This document shows positions 1 to 9,898 of a stretch of DNA of 64,000 nucleotides, one piece after another. Origin of the DNA: Vulcanimicrobiota bacterium (GTDB lineage: Bacteria; Vulcanimicrobiota; Vulcanimicrobiia; Vulcanimicrobiales; Vulcanimicrobiaceae). The notes below the pieces were generated by a model. The model made no database searches and had not been told where the DNA came from. It worked only from the letters and a program-made list of their open reading frames with translations. Where the stretch lies: NCBI GenBank assembly GCA_963820825.1, contig CAWGBN010000008.1:352001-416000 (forward strand). Reading direction: 5' to 3'. Both the position numbers and the translations under genes were made by a program. How positions within the stretch are numbered: position 1 is the stretch's first letter; each line of letters opens with the position of its first letter.

Positions 1-336
1 GGAAACGATGTCTCCGCGGTCGCTTCGAACGTCGCCTTCTACGACACCTACGGTCTCGACGGCTGGTCGACTGCCGACGGCACCAGCGTCTCGGCGCCGA
101 TCATCGCGGGCGCGTTCGCGCTCGCCGGCGACGCGACGAGGCAACAGGGCGGACGAAGATTCTGGCGGCTGCGCCGTTCGCGCGAACACGATCTGCATTA
201 CATTTCGAGCGGTCAAATCGCCGGATGTCCGCCGAGCCTGCTGGGAACCTACCTGTGCAGCGCCGGCACGAATCAATTTGAAACGTACTCCGCTCCCGCG
301 GGTTGGGGTACGCCCAACGGTATCGGCGCCTTCTAA
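1..336 (+). CDS. Subtilase/S53-type serine peptidase, C-terminal part (5' end outside window)
   Basis: Frame 1 reads ...DGWSTADGTSVSAPIIAG...WGTPNGIGAF*, containing the subtilase catalytic GTS-x-S-x-P motif; TAA at 334-336. Confidence 0.75.
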   Translation, partial: GNDVSAVASNVAFYDTYGLDGWSTADGTSVSAPIIAGAFALAGDATRQQGGRRFWRLRRSREHDLHYISSGQIAGCPPSLLGTYLCSAGTNQFETYSAPAGWGTPNGIGAF

Positions 337-340
337 CTCC

Positions 341-1693
341 ATGCTCGGTAAGAGCGCTCCTTGGTTCATCGCATCGGCGCTCGTCGTTGCCGGATGTTCG
401 AACGCCGCAACCAACGCGGGACTCCCAACCCCCGTCACACACAGTGGTGTCACGACCGCATCGCCAATTCAACACGTGGTCTTCATCGTCCAAGAGAACC
501 GCTCGTTCAACAACCTCTTCATGGGCTATCCGGGCGCGACGACGCAGAGCTACGGCTACGACACCAACGGCAAGAAGATCACGCTGCAAAAAGTCGATCT
601 TTCCACGAGCTGGGACATCGACCACTTCTCCGCGTCGTTCTTCGCAGCGTGCGATAGTGCGAAAGGGCTTCCGGGAACGCACTGCAAGATGGACGGCTGG
701 AACGAGGAGCACGCCACGCTCGGCGCGCCGATGAACCCCGCGTACTCGTTCGTCCGCAAGCACGACATCCAGCCCTACTGGGATCTGGCCAAGCAGTACG
801 TGCTCGCCGACAGAGCGTTCGCATCGAACATGGACGGCAGCTTCGTCGCGCACCAGTACACGATTGCCGCGTATGCCGGCCGTTCGGTCGACGGTCCACT
901 CTCGGAGTGGGGTTGTGAGGGCGGGAAGGACGACACGATCGCGACGCTCACGAAAAAGCGCAAGCTCGGGCCGTCGGTCGTCGCCTGTTTCAACAATGCG
1001 ACGATCGGCACGAACGCCGACGCAACCGGCGCTACCTGGCGCTACTATACCGCGGGCATCTACGACGACGGCGGACTCTGGTCGGCCTATCAAGCCATCG
1101 CCCCGGTCTACAATAGGCCCGACTGGAGCGCCGACGTGATCAACCCGGCCGCGCAGTTTCTCACCGACGTCAAGAGCGGCACGCTCGCGAACGTCACCTG
1201 GATCACGCCGACCTACGAGAACTCCGATCATCCCGGACTCAGAGCGAGCGGCGGGCCGGGCTGGGTCGCTTCTCTGGTCGATGCAATCGGCCAGAGCAAG
1301 TTTTGGCAATCGACGGCGATCTTCATTATGTGGGATGATTGGGGCGGTATGTTCGATCCGGTGAAACCGGTCTACGAAGATTACGACGGGCTCGGCTTCC
1401 GCGTCCCGCTGATCGTTATCTCGCCCTACGCGAAGCAGAGCAGCGTGACTCACAAACAATACGAAACGGCGAGCGTCCTACGCTTCATAGAGGATAACTT
1501 CAACCTGCCGCGGATGGCCAAGAGCGATGCGCGCGCGAACGATCCCGCGGGCGACCCCGCCGTCTTCGACTACAATCAGCCGCCGCGCGCCTTCAGGAAG
1601 ATTCGCGGCGCGAAGCCCACGCAATATTGGATCGAGCAGGCCCGGCACTCGACGCTGCGCGGCAAACCCGCAACGATGATCGGCGATGACTAA
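341..1693 (+). CDS. Phosphoesterase/phospholipase C-family lipoprotein (copy 1)
   Basis: Lipobox VAGC; IQHVVFIVQENRSFNN, SDHP, WDDWGG, GFRVP motifs. Likely start is ATG 341, not 8. Confidence 0.9.
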   Translation: MLGKSAPWFIASALVVAGCSNAATNAGLPTPVTHSGVTTASPIQHVVFIVQENRSFNNLFMGYPGATTQSYGYDTNGKKITLQKVDLSTSWDIDHFSASFFAACDSAKGLPGTHCKMDGWNEEHATLGAPMNPAYSFVRKHDIQPYWDLAKQYVLADRAFASNMDGSFVAHQYTIAAYAGRSVDGPLSEWGCEGGKDDTIATLTKKRKLGPSVVACFNNATIGTNADATGATWRYYTAGIYDDGGLWSAYQAIAPVYNRPDWSADVINPAAQFLTDVKSGTLANVTWITPTYENSDHPGLRASGGPGWVASLVDAIGQSKFWQSTAIFIMWDDWGGMFDPVKPVYEDYDGLGFRVPLIVISPYAKQSSVTHKQYETASVLRFIEDNFNLPRMAKSDARANDPAGDPAVFDYNQPPRAFRKIRGAKPTQYWIEQARHSTLRGKPATMIGDD

Positions 1694-3050
1694 ACAGTTC
1701 GCCACGCTCCTAGTAGCGCTCACGCTCGCAGCCTGCGGGCAGTCCGATCGTGTCATCCTGAGCGGAGCGACCAACGGGAGCGGAGTCGAAGGAGCGTTCG
1801 GCGATACGCCCACGGCTTCGCCGATCAAACACGTGGTCTTCATCATTCAGGAGAATCGTTCGTTCAACAACCTCTTCTTGGGCTATCCGGGAGCGACGAC
1901 GCAGAGCTGGGGCTACAACACGAAGGGCAAGAAAATTCAGCTTCACGCGCAAGGCCTCTCGACCTCGTGGGACCTCGATCACTCCGCTCAGAATTTCTTC
2001 AACGATTGCGACCGTCAAGGGAGTCTGCCCGGAACCGATTGCAAGATGGACGGCTGGAATACCGAGGGCGCAGGCTTCGGCCATCCGAAGAAGTTCGATT
2101 ACGCATACGTTCCGAAGAACGAGATTGCGCCGTACTGGGATATCGCCAATCAGTACGTCCTTGCCGATATGATGTTCGCATCGAACTTGGACGGCAGCTT
2201 CATCTCGCATCAGTACGCGATTGCCGCCTTCGCCAGCCACGCGGTCGACAGTCCCGACCGACGCTGGGGATGTGAAGGCGGAAAGACCAACACCATCGCC
2301 ACGCTCACCGACCAGCGAACTTACGGGCCGCGCATCGTCGGCTGTTTTAGCAATCCGACGATCGGCAGCAAGGCCGACAAAGCCCAGATCAGTTGGCGGT
2401 ACTACACGGGAGCGATCTATAGCGACGGCGGGCTCTGGTCGGCCTATCAGGCCGATGCCAAGATCTACAAGAGCCCCGACTGGTACAAGTACGTCATCAA
2501 TCCGCAGTCGCAGTTCCTCACCGACGTCGCCGCCGGAAAGCTCGCGAGCATCACCTGGATCACGCCGGCCGGGGAAGCCTCCGATCATCCCGGCTTCAAC
2601 GCGAGCCAAGGACCGGCGTGGGTCGCCTCGCTCGTCGATGCGATCGGGACGAGCAAATTCTGGAAGTCGACGGCGATCTTCATCATGTGGGACGATTGGG
2701 GCGGCTGGTTCGACCCGGTCCCGCCGGTCTACGAGGATTACGATGGGCTCGGATTTCGCGTGCCGCTGCTCGTCGTCTCGCCCTACGCCAAGCAAGGCTC
2801 GGTAACGCACACGCAATACGAAACCGCGAGCGTGCTGCGCTTCATGGAAGATACCTTCGGCCTGCCGCAGCTCGCGCCGAGCGATACGCGCGCGAACGAC
2901 CCGGCGAACGATCTGACGGTCTTCGACTACTCGCAATCGCCGCGCGCGTTCAAAAAGATCTCCGGCTCGAAGCCCGCCGCCTATTGGGTGCGCCTCCAGC
3001 AAGATTTCGTGCGTCGCGGCATGCCCGGATCGATCCGCGGCGATGATTAA
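1686..3050 (+). CDS. Phosphoesterase/phospholipase C-family lipoprotein (copy 2)
   Basis: Lipobox LAAC; same motifs; ATGACTAA overlap with copy 1. Confidence 0.9.
   Translation: MTKQFATLLVALTLAACGQSDRVILSGATNGSGVEGAFGDTPTASPIKHVVFIIQENRSFNNLFLGYPGATTQSWGYNTKGKKIQLHAQGLSTSWDLDHSAQNFFNDCDRQGSLPGTDCKMDGWNTEGAGFGHPKKFDYAYVPKNEIAPYWDIANQYVLADMMFASNLDGSFISHQYAIAAFASHAVDSPDRRWGCEGGKTNTIATLTDQRTYGPRIVGCFSNPTIGSKADKAQISWRYYTGAIYSDGGLWSAYQADAKIYKSPDWYKYVINPQSQFLTDVAAGKLASITWITPAGEASDHPGFNASQGPAWVASLVDAIGTSKFWKSTAIFIMWDDWGGWFDPVPPVYEDYDGLGFRVPLLVVSPYAKQGSVTHTQYETASVLRFMEDTFGLPQLAPSDTRANDPANDLTVFDYSQSPRAFKKISGSKPAAYWVRLQQDFVRRGMPGSIRGDD
1750..1793 (+). repeat. REP-like element in frame in linker of copy 2
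   Basis: GTGTCATCCTGAGCGGAGCG...GGAGTCGAAGGA; related sequences in 7 other paralogues. Confidence 0.75.
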
Positions 3051-4419
3051 ATACTTCGCAGCTTTCGCGGTTCTCGTTTTGGGAGCGTGTACGTCCTTCG
3101 ACGCCGCTCCCTCCGGCCGCTTCGCTCAGGATGACACAAATGGACATGTCACCCTGAACTTGTCGAAAGGGGACGCGCGCTACACCACCACGCCGATCAA
3201 ACACGTCGTTTTCATCATTCAAGAGAACCGCTCGCTCAACAACCTCTTCATGGGTTTTCCCGGCGCGACCACGCAGAGCTACGGATACGATACGAGCGGC
3301 AACAAGATCGCGCTGCAGCCGATCGATCTCTATACGCAATGGGATATCGATCACTCGTCGATCGCCTTCTTTGCGGCTTGCGACGGAACGGGAACGCTCC
3401 CCGGCACGAACTGCAAGATGGACGGCTGGAACAACGAGAAGGCGACGCTCCACGCACCGCCCAACGCGCCGTACGCCTACGTGCCGCGCAACGATATTGC
3501 GCCATACTGGACGATGGCGCAGCAGTACGTGCTCTCCGACCAGACCTACGCCTCGAATCTCGATGCGAGCTTCGTCGCGCATCAGTACGCCGTCGCCGGC
3601 TATGCGGACCGAACGGTGAACGGGCCCGACGGCGCGTGGGGATGCGAGGGCGGTAAGCCCGATACGACGCCGCTGCTCACGAAGAAGCGAACGATCTCGA
3701 AGAACCGCGTCGTTACCTGTTTCGATTTCACCACGCTTGCCGACGAAGCCGATGCGGCCGGCGTGAGCTGGCGCTTCTACGCCGAAGGGATCTACGATCA
3801 AGGCGGCATCTGGTCGTCGTACCAAGCCGACGACAAGATCTACAACGGCCCCGATTGGAGCGCTGACGTGATCAGCCCGGCATCGCAGTTCATTATCGAC
3901 GTCGGCAACGGCGAGCTCGCGAACGTCACCTGGATCACGCCGACCTACGCCAACTCCGACCACGGCGGGCTGCAAGCGAGCGGCGGACCGGCGTGGGTCG
4001 CCTCGCTCGTCGACGCGGTCGGCAAGAGCAAGTTCTGGAAGTCGACCGCGATCTTTCTGATGTGGGACGATTGGGGCGGCTGGTTCGATCCGGAGCCGCC
4101 GCCGTACAAAGATTACGACGGGCTCGGTTTCCGCGTTCCCTTGATCGTCGTGTCGCCCTATGCCAAGCACGGCTCCGTGACGCACGTGCCATACGAAACC
4201 TCGAGCGTGCTGCGTTTCATCGAGGATAACTTCGGGCTCGCACCGATGGCCAAGAGCGACGCGCGTGCGAACGATCCCGCAAGCGACTCGGCGGCCTTCG
4301 ATTTTTCGCAGAAGCCGCGCAAGTTCAAGAGGATCGCGGGTTCGAAGCCGGTCTGGTATTGGCTGCAAATAGAACGCTCGCCGGCAACGAGGCCGCCGAG
4401 CATGGTGGGTGACGATTAA
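3043..4419 (+). CDS. Phosphoesterase/phospholipase C-family lipoprotein (copy 3)
   Basis: Lipobox LGAC; QENRSLNN, WDDWGG, GFRVP; ATGATTAA overlap. Confidence 0.9.
   Translation: MIKYFAAFAVLVLGACTSFDAAPSGRFAQDDTNGHVTLNLSKGDARYTTTPIKHVVFIIQENRSLNNLFMGFPGATTQSYGYDTSGNKIALQPIDLYTQWDIDHSSIAFFAACDGTGTLPGTNCKMDGWNNEKATLHAPPNAPYAYVPRNDIAPYWTMAQQYVLSDQTYASNLDASFVAHQYAVAGYADRTVNGPDGAWGCEGGKPDTTPLLTKKRTISKNRVVTCFDFTTLADEADAAGVSWRFYAEGIYDQGGIWSSYQADDKIYNGPDWSADVISPASQFIIDVGNGELANVTWITPTYANSDHGGLQASGGPAWVASLVDAVGKSKFWKSTAIFLMWDDWGGWFDPEPPPYKDYDGLGFRVPLIVVSPYAKHGSVTHVPYETSSVLRFIEDNFGLAPMAKSDARANDPASDSAAFDFSQKPRKFKRIAGSKPVWYWLQIERSPATRPPSMVGDD
3094..3172. repeat. Two REP-like units (reverse, then forward) in frame in linker of copy 3
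   Basis: TCCTTCGAC...TTCGCTCAGGATGACAC followed by TGTCACCCTGAACTTGTCGAAAGGG. Confidence 0.75.
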
Positions 4420-5796
4420 ATGAAAGCTCGCGCGCTCTTTGCCATTGGCGCCACGCTGCTGCTTTGCGCTTGCGGGCCGTCCTTCGACTCCGCCCTTCGC
4501 TTCGCTCCGGGCTCCGCGCCGCAGGCGCGAAGTCGAAGGACGAGCGACGAAAGAGCGACCACGTCGCCGATCAAACACGTTGTCTTCATCGTTCAGGAGA
4601 ACCGCTCGTTCAACAATCTCTTCATGAGCTTTCCGGGCGCAACGACCGCGACGTTCGGCTACGACAACAAGCGCAACAAGATCGCGCTGCAGGCAGAGAA
4701 TCTCGCAACGGCGTGGGACATGGGTCACTCGGGCGAGGCGTTCTTCGCCGCGTGCCACGGCAAGGGCAAGACTCCCGGAACGAAATGCCGGATGGACGGC
4801 TGGAACCAAGAGCGTACGATCGGCCGCGTTCCGCCGAATCCCGCCTATTCGTACGTCCCGCAGGACCAGATCGCGCCCTACTGGACGCTGGCCAAGCAGT
4901 ACGTATTATCCGACGAAACGTTCTCGTCGAATCTGGACGGAAGCTTCATCGCCCATCAGTACGCCGTTGCCGCATTCGCGAGCCACGCGTACGATTTTCC
5001 GAGCAGCGATTGGGGTTGCGAAGGCGGCCCCAGCGATACGATCCCAACGCTAGATAAAAATCGCAAGATCGGAGCGCCCATCGGCGTCTGCTTCAATAAT
5101 CCGACGATCGGCTCGGAGGCCGATGGCGCCGGCGTGAGCTGGCGATTCTACGCCGGTGCAACTAATGGCGACGGCGGGCTTTGGTCGTCGTATCAGGCCA
5201 TCTCGCCGATCTACCACGGCCCCGATTGGAGCGCCGACGTGATCAGTCCGCCGGCGCAGTTCCTCACCGACGTCGGCGGCGGCACGCTCGCAAACGTTAC
5301 CTGGATTACGCCGACCTTTGAGACCTCCGACCATCCGGGAGCGGAGGCATCGAAAGGCCCGGCTTGGGTGGCGAGTATCGTCGACGCAATCGGCGCGAGC
5401 AAATTCTGGAAATCGACAGCGATCTTCATCATCTGGGACGACTGGGGCGGCATGTTCGATCCGGTCAAGCCGATCTACAAAGATTACGACGGCCTCGGTT
5501 TTCGCGTCCCGCTGCTCGTCGTCTCGCCGTACGCAAAGCAAGGCAAGGTGACGCACGTGCAGTACGAGACGACGAGCGTGCTGCGTTATATGGAAGACAA
5601 CTTCGGACTCGCGCAGCTCAATAAGGCCGACAAACGCGCGCAAGATCCGGCGAACGATCCGGCGGTCTTCAACTACGCGCAGAAACCGCGCAAGTTCAAG
5701 AAGATCTCCGGTTCGAAGCCCGCCCGGTATTGGGTTCAGCTCGAGCGCAACTCGACGATCCGCGGCATTCCGCCGACGATTCTTGGCGATGACTAA
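4420..5796 (+). CDS. Phosphoesterase/phospholipase C-family lipoprotein (copy 4)
   Basis: Lipobox LCAC; same motifs; ATG directly follows the previous TAA. Confidence 0.9.
   Translation: MKARALFAIGATLLLCACGPSFDSALRFAPGSAPQARSRRTSDERATTSPIKHVVFIVQENRSFNNLFMSFPGATTATFGYDNKRNKIALQAENLATAWDMGHSGEAFFAACHGKGKTPGTKCRMDGWNQERTIGRVPPNPAYSYVPQDQIAPYWTLAKQYVLSDETFSSNLDGSFIAHQYAVAAFASHAYDFPSSDWGCEGGPSDTIPTLDKNRKIGAPIGVCFNNPTIGSEADGAGVSWRFYAGATNGDGGLWSSYQAISPIYHGPDWSADVISPPAQFLTDVGGGTLANVTWITPTFETSDHPGAEASKGPAWVASIVDAIGASKFWKSTAIFIIWDDWGGMFDPVKPIYKDYDGLGFRVPLLVVSPYAKQGKVTHVQYETTSVLRYMEDNFGLAQLNKADKRAQDPANDPAVFNYAQKPRKFKKISGSKPARYWVQLERNSTIRGIPPTILGDD
4480..4540. repeat. REP-like element in frame in linker of copy 4
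   Basis: CCTTCGACTCCGCCCTTCGCTTCGCTCCGGGCTCCGC is the near-exact reverse complement of the unit in copy 7; followed by AGTCGAAGGA. Confidence 0.75.
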
Positions 5797-7141
5797 ACGC
5801 TTCGCGCTGGTCGCAACGATAGCGCTCGCGGCGTGCGGAGCGCCCTTCGACTCCGCTCCCCCTCATGGTGTCATCATGAGCGGAGCGCCGGCGGCGCGAA
5901 GTCGAAGGTCGCCCATCAAGCACGTTGTGTTCGTCATTCAAGAGAACCGCTCGTTCAACAATCTCTTCATGGGCTTTCCCGGTGCGACGACGGCGAAGTA
6001 CGGCTACGATCAATCGGGCAACAAGATCGAGATCAAGCCCCGCGATCTCGGCGCGCAGTTCGATCTCGGCCATGCCTCCGCAGCGTTCTTCGCGGCCTGC
6101 GACGGTACGGGGAAGCTGCCCGGAACCGACTGCAAGATGGACGGCTGGAATAATGAGGGCGCGACCGGAAAGTATCCGCCGAACCCAGCCTATTCGTACG
6201 TACCGGAGAGAGAGATCGCATCGTATTGGGCGCTGGCGCAGCAGTACGTGCTCGCCGACAACGCGTTCGCGTCGAATCTCGACGGGAGCTTCATCGCGCA
6301 TCAATATGCCATCGCCGCATACGCAAGCCACGCCGTCGACTTTCCCGCCGGTCCCTGGGGCTGTCCGGGCGGCAGCGGCGACACGGTTGCGACGCTGAAA
6401 AAGGATCGCACGATCGGCCCTCCGATTCCGCCCTGTTTCGAGAACCCGACGATCGCCTCCGAGGCCGATGCGGCCGGCGTGAGCTGGCGTTTCTACGCCG
6501 GCGCCATTGGCGGCGACGGCGGCATCTGGTCGGCCTATCAAGCGGACCACAACATCTACTACGGATCGCACTGGAAGACCGACGTCGTCAATCCGCCGTC
6601 GAAGTTTCTCAAAGACGTGGCGAAGGGGCAGCTCGCGTCGGTCACCTGGATCACGCCGACCTTCGAGACCTCCGATCATCCGGGGATCAAAGCGGCGCAG
6701 GGACCGAAATGGATCGCAAGCGTCGTCAATGCGATCGGTGCGAGCAAGTTTTGGAGCTCGACGGCAATCTTCATCTTCTGGGACGATTGGGGCGGCATGT
6801 TCGATCCCGTCAAGCCGGTCTACGAAGATTACGACGGCTTGGGCTTCCGAGTTCCGTTCATCATCGTCTCGCCCTACGCCAAGAGCGGCTCGGTGACGCA
6901 CGTCCAATACGAGACGGCGAGCGTGCTGCGCTTTATTGAAGATAACTTCGGCCTGCTGCCGCTGGCGAAGAGCGATGCGCGCGCGAACGATCCAGCGAGC
7001 GACCCCGCTACCTTCGACTACAAGCAGAAGCCGCGCAAGTTCAAGAAGATCGCCGGCGCGAAACCGGCCGCCTACTGGATTCGGCTCGAAACCAACTCGC
7101 TGCTACGAGGTAAACCGAAGGTGATCGACGGTGATGATTAA
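5789..7141 (+). CDS. Phosphoesterase/phospholipase C-family lipoprotein (copy 5)
   Basis: Lipobox LAAC; same motifs; ATGACTAA overlap. Confidence 0.9.
   Translation: MTKRFALVATIALAACGAPFDSAPPHGVIMSGAPAARSRRSPIKHVVFVIQENRSFNNLFMGFPGATTAKYGYDQSGNKIEIKPRDLGAQFDLGHASAAFFAACDGTGKLPGTDCKMDGWNNEGATGKYPPNPAYSYVPEREIASYWALAQQYVLADNAFASNLDGSFIAHQYAIAAYASHAVDFPAGPWGCPGGSGDTVATLKKDRTIGPPIPPCFENPTIASEADAAGVSWRFYAGAIGGDGGIWSAYQADHNIYYGSHWKTDVVNPPSKFLKDVAKGQLASVTWITPTFETSDHPGIKAAQGPKWIASVVNAIGASKFWSSTAIFIFWDDWGGMFDPVKPVYEDYDGLGFRVPFIIVSPYAKSGSVTHVQYETASVLRFIEDNFGLLPLAKSDARANDPASDPATFDYKQKPRKFKKIAGAKPAAYWIRLETNSLLRGKPKVIDGDD
5842..5908. repeat. REP-like element in frame in linker of copy 5
   Basis: CCCTTCGACTCCGC...GTGTCATCATGAGCGGAGCG...AAGTCGAAGG. 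Confidence 0.7.
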
Positions 7142-8483
7142 GCGATTTGCACTGCTCGCCACATTCGCGCTCGCCGCATGCGGGTCCAACAGTGTCATCC
7201 TGAGCGAGGCGCGCAGCGCCGAGTCGAAGGGCGAAGGGCGCACGACCGCGTCGCCGATCAAGCACGTCGTCTTCATCGTCCAAGAGAACCGATCGTTCAA
7301 CAACCTCTTCATGGGCTATCCTGGCGCAACGACGCAGAACTACGGCTACGATACGAACGGCGTGAAGATTGCGCTGCAAGGCTTCGATCTCGGAATCCTC
7401 TGGGATCTCGGCCACTCCGCCTCCGATTACTTCGCCGCCTGCGACGGAACGGGAAGCCTACCGGGAACCGATTGCAAGATGGACGGTTGGAACAACGAGT
7501 TGGCCGGCCCGTATCCGCCGAAAAACGCGCCGTACTCGTACGTGCTACAGAAAGACATTAAGCCCTATTGGGATATCGCCAAGCAGTATTCGCTTGCAGA
7601 TAATATGTTCGCTTCGAACCTCGACGGGAGCTTCGTCGCGCATCAGTACATCGTCGCGGCGTACGCGAGCCGCGCCGTCGATTATCCGCTCACAACGTGG
7701 GGCTGCGAGGGCGGGAAGACCGACACCGTAACGACGCTCACCAAAAAGCGCACGATCGGTAAGCCGATCGTCGCCTGCTTCAACAATCCGACCATCGCTT
7801 CGGAGGCCGACGCGGCCGGCATCAGCTGGCGATTCTATGCCGACGTGATCCACGGCTTCGGGGGGTTTTGGTCGTCCTATCAAGCCGACCGGCAGATCTA
7901 CAAGGGGCCGGATTGGAATACGGACGTGATTACGCCGCCCTCGCAGTTTCTCACCGATCTCGGCAACGGCAACCTCGCGACGATCACCTGGATTGCCCCG
8001 CTCTGGGCCAACTCCGATCACCCGGGCGATACGGCGAACGGCGGTCCGGCGTGGGTCGCGAGTCTGGTGAACGCGATCGGGACGAGCTCGTTCTGGAACT
8101 CGACCGCGATCTTCATCATCTGGGACGATTGGGGCGGCTTCTTCGATCCGGTCCAACCACCCCATGCCGATTACGACGGGCTCGGCTTCCGCGTTCCGCT
8201 CATGATCGTCTCGCCGTATACCAAGCGCGATAGGGTGACGCACGTGCAGTACGAAACGGCGAGCGTGCTTCGCTACATGGAAGATAACTTCGGCCTCGCG
8301 CAGCTCGCCCCGGCCGATACGCGCGCCGCGGATCCGGCGAGCGATCCCAACGCGTTCGACTACTCGATGAAACCGCGGGCGTTCAAGACCATCGGCGGCG
8401 GCAAGCCGTTATCGTACTGGCGGCGGATCGAAGGTTCGCAGCAGATGCGCGATGGGAAACACGGTCTGGACGATGGCGACTAA
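7134..8483 (+). CDS. Phosphoesterase/phospholipase C-family lipoprotein (copy 6)
   Basis: Lipobox LAAC; same motifs; ATGATTAA overlap. Confidence 0.9.
   Translation: MIKRFALLATFALAACGSNSVILSEARSAESKGEGRTTASPIKHVVFIVQENRSFNNLFMGYPGATTQNYGYDTNGVKIALQGFDLGILWDLGHSASDYFAACDGTGSLPGTDCKMDGWNNELAGPYPPKNAPYSYVLQKDIKPYWDIAKQYSLADNMFASNLDGSFVAHQYIVAAYASRAVDYPLTTWGCEGGKTDTVTTLTKKRTIGKPIVACFNNPTIASEADAAGISWRFYADVIHGFGGFWSSYQADRQIYKGPDWNTDVITPPSQFLTDLGNGNLATITWIAPLWANSDHPGDTANGGPAWVASLVNAIGTSSFWNSTAIFIIWDDWGGFFDPVQPPHADYDGLGFRVPLMIVSPYTKRDRVTHVQYETASVLRYMEDNFGLAQLAPADTRAADPASDPNAFDYSMKPRAFKTIGGGKPLSYWRRIEGSQQMRDGKHGLDDGD
7192..7231 (+). repeat. REP-like element in frame in linker of copy 6
   Basis: GTGTCATCCTGAGCGAGGCGCGCAGCGCCGAGTCGAAGGG. 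Confidence 0.75.
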
Positions 8484-9824
8484 ACGGTTGGCCGCGCTCG
8501 CGCTCGGCTGCGCGCTCGCCGCATGCTCTTCCACAAATAGTGTCATCCTGAGCGGAGCCCGAAGCGAAGCGAGGGGCGGAGTCGAAGGGCGCGCCACGAG
8601 CACACCCATACAGCACGTTGTTTTCGTGGTTCAGGAGAACCGTTCGTTCAACAATCTCTTTCTGAACTATCCGGGTGCGACGACGCAGGGCTACGGATAC
8701 GATTCGAAGGGGAACAAGATCACGTTGCAGGGCAGTTCGCTCGGCACGTCGTGGGATTTAGGCCACGGTTCGGGCGCATTCTTTACCGACTGCGACGGCC
8801 GAGGGAAGATTCGCGGCACCAGTGCAAGATGGACGGTTGGGATAAGGAACGCGTCCTCGGATCGGCGCCGCCCGATCCCGCATACACGTACGTGAATCAG
8901 GGCGACATCGCGCAATACTGGACGATCGCGAAGCGCTACGCGCTCTCGGATAACACCTTTGCTTCGAATCTCGACGGCAGCTTCGTCGCGCACCAGTATA
9001 CCGTGGCGGCGTACTCGAGCGCCGCCGTCGATTTTCCGGTTTCGCTATGGGGCTGCGAGGGAACCGGCGGCGACACCATCGCGACGCTCACGCCGCAGCG
9101 CAAGCACGGCCCCACAATCGCCCCCTGCTTTACGAATCCGACGATCGCTTCGGAGGCCGATGCCAAGGGCGTGAGCTGGCGATTCTACGCCGGGTCGATC
9201 ATCGGCGACGGCGGAATCTGGTCGTCGTATCAAGCCGACCAGGCGATCTACAATGGTCCCGATTGGAAGGCCGACGTCATCAATCCGCCATCGAAGTTTC
9301 TCAACGACGTTGCCGGCGGCACGCTCGCCGCGATCACATGGATCTCACCCACCTTCGAAACCTCGGATCATCCCGGCATGAACGAGACGCAGGGGCCGGC
9401 CTGGATCGCGAGCGTCGTCAATGCGATCGGTGAGAGCAAGTTCTGGAATTCGACCGCGATCTTTATCTTGTGGGACGATTGGGGCGGCTTCTTCGATCCG
9501 GTCAAGCCCGTCTTCGAAGATTACGACGGCTTGGGATTTCGCGTTCCGCTTATCGTCGTCTCGCCCTACACCAAGCGCGGCGGCGTCACGCACGTGCAGT
9601 ACGAGACGGTAAGCGTGCTGCGCTTCATCGAAGATAACTTCGGACTCGGGCGGCTCGCCGCGGCCGACGTGCGCGCGAACGATCCCGCGAGCGATCCTCT
9701 GGCCTTCGATTACGCGATGAAACCGCGCGCGTTTAAGAAAATCGGCGGGTCAAAACCCGCCGCGTACTGGATGGAGCTCGATCGCAGACCGCGCGCGCCG
9801 GCGAACGTCCTCGGCGACGACTAA
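8473..9824 (+). CDS. Phosphoesterase/phospholipase C-family lipoprotein (copy 7), one frameshift near 8820
   Basis: ORF 8452..8895 gives the N-terminus (LAAC, QENRSFNN); ORF 8751..9824 continues at CKMDGW through to VLGDD. Confidence 0.85.
8540..8590 (+). repeat. REP-like element in frame in linker of copy 7
   Basis: GTGTCATCCTGAGCGGAGCCCGAAGCGAAGCGAGGGGCGGAGTCGAAGGGC. Confidence 0.75.
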
Positions 9825-9857
9825 AAAAAGAGGGCCCGGCGTGATGCCGGGCCCTCT
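9823..9857 (-). terminator. Rho-independent terminator between convergent genes
   Basis: GAGGGCCCGGC-GTGAT-GCCGGGCCCTC stem-loop preceded by an A7 tract (U-tract on the minus strand). Confidence 0.8.
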
Positions 9858-9898
9858 CACTATTCTAAGCAGTGTCGCTTACGCGACGTGGCCGAGAT

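Noticed and set aside
101..8243. Long antisense ORFs opposite the phosphoesterases (and similar ORFs opposite other genes)
   Set aside because: Shadow ORFs from high-GC codon bias; no motifs; fully overlap well-supported genes.
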